Shown here: in pieces, positions 52,762-64,000 of the stretch
Position numbering within the stretch: position 1 is the stretch's first letter
Layout: each line of letters opens with the position of its first letter
Source of the DNA: Trichosphaerium sp. ATCC 40318
Taxonomy: Eukaryota > Protista > Tubulinea
Direction: 5' to 3'
DNA: 64,000 bases
NCBI GenBank assembly: GCA_038496445.1
Contig: JALMLS010000071.1
Location: forward strand, 94,181-158,180
The notes under the pieces: model-generated
Seen by the model: the letters and a program-made list of their open reading frames with translations, nothing else
Database searches by the model: none
Told to the model about the DNA's origin: nothing
Program-made: the position numbers and the translations under genes

Positions 52762-53288
52762 TTATGTCTGTTTTCGTATTTTTTTTGTAGCTGAAAAGGA
52801 TTTAACAACTCAATTTAGCTGTTTAGGTGCAATGTAAGCCTAAACGGATACAATAGTTGGTTAAGAAAAAGAACGAACAAGAAGAGTCAAAGGAAATCTT
52901 TGCAAAAAAAAATTTATCTGTTAGCAAAAGTGCAAATTGCTAACCTGAACGGTTAGTAAAACTCATCGTTCCCCAAAATAATTAGTCAAACAGTGGACAA
53001 TCACGTTGTAACCGCACTAAACATTTTTTATGGTTAATGCAGTCTAATTCGGACAACTAGCTTAGTTAATGCGAAAAACAGTTTAAACGAACCGTAAAAA
53101 ATACAATTAACACATCGGTTTACCTGTAAGTACACGTGGTGGATCCTTTTTTTGAAAACATTTCTTATCAAATTAAAACAACGTTTACAGCGTCAAGCGT
53201 CCACTATCGTTACCTGCGCCTTATACGCAAGGGTCAAATCAATTCTCAAAGTCGTTTTTACATTTTTTTTGATTGAATCGGCTCAGGC

Positions 53289-56231
53289 ATGTCAACTTTT
53301 CTTGTCATCGCTCTAATACCAATCGTTGCTGCCGTATCTGGTTTAGTATGGGTACGTCGGATTTTAAAGTTAACCCGTTAACAGATTCAGTATCTATCAC
53401 GTCTCAGGAGCTATAACCACAGTATTTTATCTGCTCTCAGGAGCTATAACCACAGTATTTTATCTGCTCTTACGCAGTGGTTAGCTTCAGGTATAATAGC
53501 GCGGCTTGGAGGGTATATGAGGAACACGCTAGAAAAAGATACCAAGAACGCCATCAAAGTACAAAGCGAAACTCTGTTAGATATAATCAAGGCGTACAGT
53601 ACATTTTTAAATAAACACAACTAACCAAACCGCCTGTAGCACCAAAAGTACTGTTTTTGGTATTGATAAAGGCGTTGGAGCCATAGAATCAACGGAAGAT
53701 ATCAAAAAGTTTCCTTTGACACGTTATGACACTTACCAAGGTAAAAATGGCTTCAAAACGACTCCTATTGATTATAACATACCCTTACACAATATACAGC
53801 GTATGTAGATCGTATAGCAACTGGTGAGAAGAATGTCATGTCATCTCTTCCTCTCAAAATGCTTGGTACAACTTCAGGAACAAGGTACAAAGTGATTTTT
53901 CGTTGAATCTATTCCCGCCACATTTTCGAACCGTTTTTCGTTTCTTTTTCGAATAAGAACCTCGAATTGGCGTCTGAAAGCCGTAAATATATAAGGCCTT
54001 TATTGTAGAGGTACTAACTTCTTCTACAAGTGGGAGCGTTAAGCGTATTCCTATGGTTAAAAAACAAACAGGGATTTTTTTTCTTCAGGGGATTGCTATC
54101 GCATTAAGTACCCTATGTAAACACTATCCTGGTTGGTTTGGCATGCAAAAGTCACTCAAGGTTATGTTCGAACCTCAGTATAAATACAACGAAGCTGGCA
54201 TTAAGATTGGGCCAAACTCATCTTCTCCAAGTGCGTACAAACCCTTTTGGAGTATAATTTTTTTTCGTAAAAGTTTCACTTTCTTATGCCTTTATAGGCG
54301 AAAGTAAATCGATCATGAGTTTTTACAGTACACCAATGGAAGCTTATATGATTGGTAGTAAATATGTTAACGAAACATTTTACTTACAACTGCTGTTTGC
54401 GTTGAAAGATCGAAATCTTGGCATTTTGGAAGCAAATTTTGCTTCTTTGATTTTTGACCTTCTTGTTTACCTGGAGAACAACTGGGAGTACGAACCTGAT
54501 AGCCGCTACTTTTATAACCAACAAGATTTCTCATTTTTTTTTGTCACGTGACAGTACAAACACCGACTTTATTTTTGACCAATTTGCACTGCTAACCTTT
54601 TTCAAAGAAAACTTGTTGTCGACATTAAAGAAGGAAGAATCCATCCATCAATAAACATACCTATGAAAACACGTAATTTATTAGAGCGTGGACTATGGAG
54701 AGACCCAAAACGTGCAAAGGAGTTGGCTGCTGCCTTCTCTAAAGGTTTCAAGGGTACTTGTTTCAGCAATCAATCAATTTGTTGTCATTTGATCTTGTTG
54801 ACTTACGTGTTAAGGAATTGTGAGGAGGATATGGCCAAACTTGATGTGTGCGCTATGTTGTGACACTGGCAGTAATGCTTTGTATGGTGATAAATTGAGA
54901 TCACGATACTTTGCAAGCTCAGAAGGTTGTTCAAGTATTGAAATATATTCGCCTATTTACGGTGCCACAGAGGTAAGTGCAGTGGAAGTATCAATTACTG
55001 CTTTTGTAAGCTTTTTTAGGGTTTGGTAGGCGTATGTATTGATCCAAAAGTGAAGGCGTATTGTTTCTGTCCTCGATCAATGTAAGGTGCTTTAATTTTT
55101 TTTCAAAACTGTTTGTAAAAAAGGGAGTTTCCTTTGTTTTCTTCACTGCGTTCTATCATACAGGATTCTTTTTCTTTGTTCATCAACCTCTCAGTTTTGC
55201 TTATACAAACTATATTATCTGAGAGCGTTGCATCTGTTCAAAAACACTGAATGCTTATTTGTTTATTAAATTATTGCTTAGGTATTTGGAGTTCATCCCT
55301 GCTGATGAAATTGACTCAGGTACACTATGCCGTTTCTGTTATAAACAATATCAATTAATGTAAATAGAAAATCCTATAGTACTGGATATGACACAAATTA
55401 AACAAGGGAAATCTTACGAGCTTGTAATAACAACATACTCGGGTAAGTTTGTTTTTTTGTTTTCTTGCACTTGTTTTACCTGTGCTTACGTTCTTAACTT
55501 ATTATTAAGGTCTCTTGCGCTATAGATTCGGAGATGTTGTAAAAATACATAGCTACCATAATGAGTGTCCAGTATTTTCTTTTGAATACCGTACAGGACA
55601 GTTACTTGATTTAAAAGGAGAAAAAACAACTGAAATGCAACTTTGGCGTGCTATTACAAAGTTTGTGGATGGTTTAGGATCCAGACTTGTAGACTATACT
55701 GCTTTCCATTATACAAATATAGATCCGTTAGGATGGCCTCAATGTACATTTCATTCAAGTGGTTTTTTTTTTTCTCATTTTTTTTTTACAAACGGCTAAC
55801 CTTGATCCCCTTGTTTAAGACTTTATTGGTGTTGAATTACAAGATTTTGAACGTGAATTAACAGAAGATGAAACGAACGAATTTGACAGAATTTTATGTG
55901 AAAGGTATCAGCTACTGACTAAAAAGGAAGGATAAAGATTCTTTCTGCTTTTTTTCTTATTTTTTTTCTTCTTGTTGTCAAACTTTGTTCTTTTTTAAGA
56001 CTGATATTGGTTACTAGCAACCATGGGTATAGATACCACAGAGAACTAGCGACTATACTACCAGCTCAAGTGATTATTTTTAAAAAAGGATCTTTTGAAG
56101 ATTTATTGGCTTACATACGCAAGACCTCTAAGGCAATCAACCAAATTAAGCTCCCTCGTTTAATGAAGAATCAAGAGTATGTTGATCTATTAATCCGACG
56201 TGCTATAAATTTCTCAAAAAGAGAACAATGA
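53289..56231 (+). CDS. GH3 auxin-responsive-type (GHDC-like) acyl-acid amido synthetase family protein with N-terminal TM
   Basis: FPLTRYDTY, TTSGTSG, SPIYGATE, LEFIP, YELVITT, RYRFGDVV, KGEKT, QIKLPR motifs. Confidence 0.88.
53402..53470 (+). repeat. Perfect in-frame 33-bp tandem duplication (LRSYNHSILSA x2)
   Basis: TCTCAGGAGCTATAACCACAGTATTTTATCTGC at 53402 and 53435. Confidence 0.95.
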
Positions 56232-56695
56232 GACTCAACAACTTACAAATATAGCCAACTGTGCCTCATAAAAACTATGTAGAACATTGCAACAAGCATA
56301 AAAATTAATGTTAGTATGCGAATTTGCAAGTGCGCCTTTAAGATAACGTAACCTAATACATGTGAATTGAGAAGCTCAGCGAGTCAAGTTATTTTAAAGT
56401 TCCTTTTGAGATGCCCAAAACAACGATTTAAAACAATTGCTTCTTTACATGTGCACATTTCACCGTTTGTTTTATAGAGATCATCACGCAAGCACTTCGG
56501 TTTAATATCCTACAGAGTCATAGATTGTCATGAGAGAAGTGTTCATTTCAAGGAAACTGAAAGAGAGAAAGGTGTTGATGCAAATATGATTACACTGATC
56601 CTAATACGCCTGCCATTTATAGCTACTTGGGTACATCACGTGGTTTAAACAGTATTTTTTATTAGAGTGCACTGTTTTGTGGTTACATTTCTTAT

Positions 56696-57861
56696 CTATT
56701 CTCTGCTAAATTCTGTTTCTCCATCAGTTTGTCTATCAGAAGACACTGGAGCTTTGGTTACAGAACCAGGAGCAGGTGTGGCAGGGTCACAATCGCAACA
56801 GCAAGAGCATTCAGCCGTTGTTTTAGTGATAATACCACTGTCGCAACAACCAAGATCCATCTCAGTTACAGATGTTACATGACAGCCACCATAGTCAGCA
56901 ACAACAGGAAATCCCAAGGCAACACATTGACTAGTAAAACATGAGTAAAAAATCAAAAAAAAAATAATACAAAAGGAAGCAAAACAAAAGCGTACGCTGC
57001 ACAATCGTCTTTGGCGTTTTGAAGCGGGTCTTCAGCATTTGGGTCATTTCTACAATTCACAGAGCTACCAGTACCAATAAGAGCTTTACGGCAAGGTTTT
57101 GGTTCACATGTGGAGCAGTTGGTGTAAGCGAGCATGAAGCCATTTACAAGCTTTGTGTTTCTCAAGTCAACAACAAGAGTGTTTACGCCTGGTGCCAAAG
57201 TCAAGGTGAAAGTGGTTGCAGCGTTGAATGCATTTGAATGGTAGGCGCAAGGTAAAGTGATGAGTTGACCGTTCAAAGTAGCTGTAGCAATGTAGTTGTC
57301 AGCCCAACATTTTGCAGTGACTGAAGCGCCTTCACATTCTGGAGCTGTAAGTTCAACGTTGTATACGAAGTTCGTGAAGGTTAGGTCATTGTAACTTGGA
57401 GCGCTAACCCATCCTGCCTGTTAAAAAGAAATTAGAACGGTAGGGTCTTATTGTTTGGCTTGAAAACGTACTGGAACCGGGAAACTGGCTGGGTTAACCC
57501 AACTGTTGTCGTTCAATACTCGTGAATCGCAACATTGGTTTGGCGCTACATTGTCGTCCCAACAGTTGTTGAATCCAGGATGTGGACTACCACAAATGCC
57601 CCAATGAGAATCTCTTGAAGAGAGACCGGAAGGTAGTAATGAGAAATCGTTTGCGACACCTACAAAAGAGGGTTAGTCTTTGGCAAAAAAGGAACGTTGA
57701 CAACAGTGGTCATTTTTAGAGAATTCACGTGAATTCTTAGAAATCGTACCTGTTGGGTAAGCGCCAAGAGAAGTCAAGCATTCTTGTACGCCAGGTTCGT
57801 AGGCAGCAAAGGAGAGGGCAGCAGCACAGAATAAGAGAAGGACAAGAGATGAGGTGTTCAT
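56696..57861 (-). CDS. Secreted lectin-like Cys-rich protein, copy 2
   Basis: Near-identical to 39631-40796; amino-acid changes seen mainly in the signal peptide. Confidence 0.75.
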
Positions 57862-59323
57862 GAGGATTGATGATGTGAATATGACAATAAAGGTGCAACG
57901 TGGGCTAAGTCACTGCAACTTAAGCACTTCCAAAAGCTATACCACAAAGTGACTACAACGCTATCTACAGCTATTAAAACTTCAAGTGATTTTTTTCAAA
58001 TATTGTTCAAAGAAATGTATCCTCGTTCAGGTTTTTGCCCACTGTTGAGCACAATCGGTAACCAAAACCGAATACTGCATGAACTTTCCTAGCTGTTGTT
58101 GTAGTTGTCTAACAATGCTGTTCTGGAGTGTCATAATATGGAAAAAAGTGAGTTGTTCTAGCGCAGTCAGATGCGTCTTTTAGTAGTCTTCGAGACATGT
58201 AGAAAAATGAACCAAAAAGTTTATTGCCAAACGGACTGCCGCAGCCCCTTTTCTCAACGTGGCAAGAAAATAACGTTGTAACTTTCCCATTACATTCTGA
58301 GCACCATTGCTTTAAACAAAAGGGAAGTGCAAATGACGGTATGTAAAAGTTAATTACGCGAAGAAGCGCTTTTTGTGTTGTCTGAGTTTTGATCCTCAGG
58401 CAGACAGTTATACTATGGAATCGCCTGTGATCCCTTAGATACTGGAGTCTCATAAAAACCGATTTAGATTAAAACCCAAACAATAGACGGCCGATGGCAA
58501 CTTTTCTTTATTTTTTTTTTATCAGCACGTGTTTGAAAGGTTTCTATTTTAGATGTACAATTAGTTCTACACCAGCCACCATGGTCGCTAAGATAACTAC
58601 CATTCCCTGAAACTAACAATGATGGGGATACAGCATACGTGGTGTGGTCCAACAAGCAAAGCGTTGTTCAAAACTATTCGTTTACTTTCGATACTTCTGT
58701 TCACACAGCTACATAGGTGGAGCTCGCAGATAAAGAACCAAACGGAAAAGAAACTCTTCTTACGGTAAGCCAAAAGTACGTTGATGGGAATGGTTGTTTG
58801 CTACAAATACACTTTTGCCAAAAAAAAAATCCAAAAGAATAGTTTTCGTCTCTAGTTCCTTTCCAGTTTTTGCTTTGGTCAATGATCTAACTATTAATAC
58901 AGCACCGTACAATTGACTATTACAGAGGCGCCCTTGATCATTCTAACACAATAAATGCCTCAGTCATAACAACTTTATCCATCTTTGAACGTTTTGTTTC
59001 ACTTTTTATTGTGCAAGTGTTTAAACACGTTTGCAAGTTTCTACAAATTAATTGGGGAGCAACCATCCTATAGGCGATAGTTAAATGTAAATAACTACAA
59101 TCATTCATGCTATTGCAAGCATGCACTATGGCTATCAAGCGAAATTGTGAACTACAAATTATGCTAAAAAAAGCCTGTTTCTTTTAAGGCACTTGATTTG
59201 TACGTGTAATTATTTTATTTTGTACTGTTTATGTTACAGAGCTCAATGTATCATCTATGAACCTAAGAAGCTAGTTGTTTTCTGAGATGTCCAGTATCCA
59301 GCTTAAGTTTAAGGAATGTTCCT

Positions 59324-59773
59324 CTAGTTGACACCATTACTGTTCCAATACTTGAACCCTCCATGTCGCTTATTACCACTCTTTGTACTCTCTTTCTTGT
59401 CTACCATTGACAGCCCATTACTATGCCAATATTTGCACTCTCCTTGCAGTATATCATTGATATAATTGGACTGCGTCATTAATTGGCCATTACTATACCA
59501 ATACTTGTACTCTCCATCCCTTTTGCCGTGTTTCCAATGCACTTGACAAACAAGGTTGCTATATCTGTTCCTTCGTTTCCATTTTCCATGCTTTTTCAGC
59601 TCGCTATCAAACCTTGTTGTCATTGCTGTTTGTTTCGAGAGAAGCGGATACTTATAGTACACTGATACGTCTAAATCAATAATATCAAGCTGAAGCTCAA
59701 CTGGAAGGCACAGTAGAAGGCATTTATCCGATTCTGCACTAAAACTATCTTTGTTGGCTTTTAGCCGCTTCAT
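59324..59773 (-). pseudogene. F-box-like/MORN-variant gene, copy F (no intron; 3' repeats eroded)
   Basis: DKCLLLCLPVELQLDIIDLDVSVYYKYPLLSKQTAMTTRFDSELKKHGKW; about two repeats, then deletions and frameshifts. Confidence 0.75.
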
Positions 59774-59937
59774 TTATGATTGAATGCTTAGGTGATTATC
59801 ACGTGGAAAGTTAGTCATTTTATTTCAATTAGCGTTTTTTTTTGCCCCAATTTGCTTCGTATTAAACTCTCAAAGGAATCCACCAAACATCTCTTGGACA
59901 ATACGAATACCAAGATACTCTGTTCCATAAAATGCTG

Positions 59938-60985
59938 GTCACAACAAGTGTTGTTTTTAGAACTATATTAAGTATAACAGAATGTGTACTTATCATTGTG
60001 TTTATTGTAACTATGACGCCTATTGAAAAGAGGAGTACAAGCGAACAATATAGTCAATCATCAAAGACATACTGTTGTGCAATATTATTCTTTCGATTAA
60101 AGTAGTTTTTTAAGTGTTGTCAGTAGGAACTGATACATATGGTAGTTATGTCTACATGTGTAGGGCCAGTTTTGGTTTACTAAGCTCCTTTGTTGTAGAA
60201 ACTACAAAAGTTAAAAGGTCATACCCACGTGGAATATCTACAAGCTTATCAAATTGCGTTAGACATTCATACTACGTAATACTAACAATGGCAGAAACAA
60301 TTGTAATGGCAGGGTGAGCAATTATGTCAAGTGGAACTGAACTGAGTGGCAAATTTAAAAAAGGCGTAGTGCAAAGAACTAATATTAGCTGAAGGAACTA
60401 GATATACTGGCGGAAGTAAAGATGGCGAACCCCATGGTAACGGCATGTTGATACAAAAAAATGGCACAAACATGGGTTGCCTTCACGGCAAAGGAAAAGT
60501 ACAATACTCAGATCGAACTAGAATTATTGGTGAATTTGACAATGGTCTAGGCACTGAATGTAAAGTTCTTTACAAATACAAAAGAGAAAATAACATTGTG
60601 GTTGTAACATCTTCTATAGCACCATGGGCTTTTCAAGTACGAAACAAACAGCAATTCATAAAAGGTCCGTGTATAATACATGGTAGGACCACGAAGGGCT
60701 TTGGCTTCAAATATACTCAGTGTTTGTCTAATACCAAGTCATAAGCTGAGCTAGCAGCTCCTTAAGTAAGAAAATAATGAGAATTTTGTGGTGTTTTCTC
60801 AAGTGCTAGTGAAGTTATAGAGATGTGTTCATGACTTGGATGAAGTACAGTAGCCATTCAGGTATTTGTACAATGTAATTTTCACAAAAGATATGGGCGC
60901 ATCCAGGACAGATTTTGGGCATTGAGATCAGTTCAGAATTTTTACATGATAAGTGCCCTTGATTCTACCTAAAAAAATTAATAAA
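59938..60985 (+). pseudogene. Heavily deleted mosaic copy of the 10.2-13.4 kb MORN locus
   Basis: 59938-60070 is the inverse of about 13270-13400; 60105-60200 the inverse of about 21640-21740; promoter and MAET start at 60288 as at 12342; MORN fragments; 60898-60980 the inverse of about 10530-10610. Confidence 0.75.
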
Positions 60986-61327
60986 TAAGGCGATTTCTCA
61001 GAATGTAGTAGCTCCGCTACACCCCACAATTTGTATACACTTTTTTAAATATGGCGGGTGTATACACGTTGTTTCAAGGCAAAAAGTTAAGGTGCAGGAC
61101 ATTTTTGCTGTTTGATAATTAAAGTGTACCTTTCGCCGTTTTGAGGCCCGCTTGTTGTCTATAGGTAGATTGCGCCCTATTTTACGTTCCTCAACATAAA
61201 TAGTGTTGTATCGCACTGATAAATTCGCGAATTTCTGGACCACATTTGACCTTATTCTGGAACCTGTATAAAAATGAACTAGCAGGATCTTACAACGTTT
61301 CAAGCTTTCAAAGAAAACTGGTGTAAA

Positions 61328-62284
61328 ATGGCAACAACAAAGGTAAAGATGTACTGTAAGACTCCTCACAAACACAATTTAGATTAACAAACAAGAATCG
61401 ACTCCTTGTCGTTTACTACAACTTCCATTAGAGCTACAACTTGATATTATGGATTTAAGCATGGAAACATACACGTTGTGGCCTTTATTATCAAAACAAG
61501 CAGCTGTGAGCACTCGGTTCAACACTAAATTAAAAAAACACGGAGAGCACAAAAAATGGCATCATGGACGTGTAAGGAAGACGTGTATGTATGAGAATGG
61601 TAAACGAGAAGGTATATTTAAGAGGTACAAGAAGAGACGTTTGATAGAAACCTGTTGGTACAAAGATGGTAAAAAAGAAGGAAAGCAGATGATCTGGCAG
61701 AATGGAAAATTAATTGTGGAAGCATACTACCACAACGGTTTGTATGAAGGAGAATACAAGTCATGGTATGAAAATGGTAAAATGAAAAAAAAAAATGTTA
61801 TATCAAAGGTAAACGTGATGGATGTCATGAGGAGTGGTATGACAATGGGCAATTGAAACTCAAACTGTTTTGTGTCAAAGGCATGCTTCATGGAGAGAAC
61901 AAGTCATGGCATAGAAATGGTACTTTAGAGAGGTTAAGCAACTACTGTAAAGGCAAGCGAGAAGGAGATTATGAAAAGTGGGATAGCGCAGGTGTGTTGA
62001 TTGAGAAATGCCGTTATGTGAAGGGCAAGGTACAAGGAGCTTATTTGAAATGGCACAGTAATGGGCAATTGTATTGCAGATTCTTTTATAACAAAAATAG
62101 AAGAGAGGGAGAGTTTAAGACATTTTTTGACAATGGACAATTAGAAAAGAAATGCACGTATAAGAATGATCTCAAAGAAGGAGAGGAAGAGTGCTGGACA
62201 AGAAATGGCACATTGAAAGAACGCTACTTTTATACAATGGGCATCAGAAGACTAGGTTTTGGCTTAATACCCGAACACCCTTAA
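61328..62284 (+). CDS. F-box-like/MORN-variant repeat protein, copy G (1-nt frameshift in A11 run 61785-61795)
   Basis: Exon 1 61328-61342 (MATTK), intron 61343-61382; CRLLQLPLELQLDIMD; about ten repeats; an A12 run would restore the frame and repeat register. Confidence 0.78.
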
Positions 62285-62675
62285 GTCAAATCCCACTTGT
62301 TTGAGAATATGCACTATTAATTCAATGGTAGTGCTTCAAGCTCTGATATGTCCTCATATGTATTGTTTGTGTCTTTTTCTTCCATTGTATTTCAATAATT
62401 GCTATGTAAGAGTTTTATGGTTAGAGGTGGTTAAGGCGAATTTGGTGCTTACAACTGTCAACTTTAACAATACCAACTTGATAATTTCTCACTTGCTCAT
62501 GGATGAACTTGACATATATTTCTAGCCCGATGTTTCTGATGCTCTTCAAACTCACTTTGATACTATTGGTGATTATGAAGAAGAAGGTGAATACTATGAC
62601 GAATAAATTTAATGTTTGACATATGTAAAAATGATCACTGACGTGTATTAGAAAAACTGATTGTATTCCTTCTTT

Positions 62676-63599
62676 CTACTTTTTTTTTATCTTTTTTACC
62701 AAGGACTTTATTGAACACTTTGAGAAGCTTTGATTTATTTTGCCTCTCCCTAACACAAATATATGAGGATTGTGCGACATAAGTTGTGACAAAGACGTAC
62801 TTGCATATTGGTTTATAACCACACGTTGGTAGTGTTCGATAATTAGAGAAAATAGATTTTCTATATTCTTTCCTGTTTTGCAACTCACACTTATGAATGG
62901 TACATCCCATGCCTTTGCACGTGACATTCCTTCTTCATCAGATACTTGTCTATCAACTTCCAGATCGCATTTATTTGCAACCTAGATACACAACAATGTG
63001 AGTAATGTAATGTCTGTGTGAACAAAAGCTGTAGCATACTAATATGATTGGCATTGAATATCTATACAACGGAAGATTTGGTCTCTGAATTTTACGGTAT
63101 CATCAAAGCTTGTTCTATTTTGTATATAGAATATACAATGACAAAAATTTTACAGACACGCATAATATAGATCGCGCATTGCGCAAAATCTTAAAATGAA
63201 AAGTCAATAATTAATACTGCAAACAGTATTTCGTACACTTCTTGCCCAGCAGTGTCTAGCACTTCCAAAATAGTATATTGCTTTCCTTTATTTAGAGACA
63301 TCACAATTGTATCCTCTGATTGCGAAAAAATGTGAGCGAAACCAGAGAAAGAGAGGATGGATGTTGGATATGTTAAATTAGAGTATTCTTACAAAAAAGT
63401 GGGTTTTTGGCGTAATTTTTATACCAATTGTTGGATCGTATTCATCCATGAACCAATCGGTTAGAAATTTAACAATAATCGAAGTCTAATCCAAAGATAG
63501 AGTGAGCTAAACAGCTCACAAGGAATAAAAAAAACAAAAGAAAAGAATGTTTTTACTTACACATCCAACAGCTCCATCGCCCAAAAAGCAGCATTTGAT
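62676..63599 (-). pseudogene. Ras/Rap-family small GTPase, disrupted
   Basis: FLGDGAVG(C)TS, EYDPTIED, LDTAGQE, VANKCDL, SCKTG; frameshifts near 63165 and 63120; no CaaX; start codon not found. Confidence 0.7.
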
Positions 63600-64000
63600 C
63601 TAAAAAGGACGTGCGTCAAATACCATTTTTTTGCAATAAACAAAATTAAATCACGTGGCAGTACCGTTCGCTAGATTTCAACTTTTTGGCATGTTTTTCT
63701 GATATTTTTAGACTTGGTAGCCGGTCTTTAACGTTTTGTCTGTATGTAGAACTAGAAATAACGGTTTAGAGGTACACAACGTCTCCACAACATTTTGAGT
63801 TAATCACCTGTTGATTTTGAGGCAGATTCAGCTGTAAACAAAGCGGTTTATGAGTGTGTTTAAGACCATTTGGTAAGAATTTGAAGAAAATACACAAAAA
63901 TGAAGCTCAGAGAGCTTGGTTTTCTGTGCTTCGCGGCTATTATTAAACTAGTACCTTATGTGTCCATTCGTGGATAAACGCTTTCTTGATATTGTCACCT

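Noticed and set aside
53402-53470. CRISPR-like repeat
   Set aside because: Two abutting units, no spacers, inside a eukaryotic exon.

Overview
Eukaryotic (protist-like, probably amoebozoan; inference) AT-rich genomic DNA with many short (about 40-60 nt) spliceosomal introns, so the supplied ORF track fragments most genes. Intron-rich genes: ricin-GH3 beta-xylosidase, EGF-multi-pass membrane protein, GT31 glycosyltransferase, F-box/ARM/SPRY protein, CaMK kinase, penta-EF-hand protein, ERI1-type exonuclease, DUF4091/GH123-like protein, STE20-like pseudokinase, beta-helix protein, mitochondrial carrier and GH3 acyl-amido synthetase. These alternate with fast-turnover islands built from shuffled duplicated modules: seven F-box-like + MORN-variant (YwqK-type) repeat genes, three ubiquitin/NEDD8-like genes that all lack a usable di-Gly end (one ends in a CaaX box), three classic MORN(+SAM-like) genes, an LRR remnant and a non-LTR retroelement 3' end. 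Best novelty candidates: (1) a co-duplicated, partly lipid-anchored F-box-MORN / non-conjugatable ubiquitin repertoire; (2) a duplicated ~342-nt highly structured putative ncRNA with a TATA box at -31; (3) a spliced ERI1-exonuclease / CX5R-phosphatase fusion; (4) a second ~155-nt multi-hairpin RNA candidate ending in T5. Exon structures, translations and pairings were derived by eye; coordinates of degenerate features are approximate; no database searches were run.
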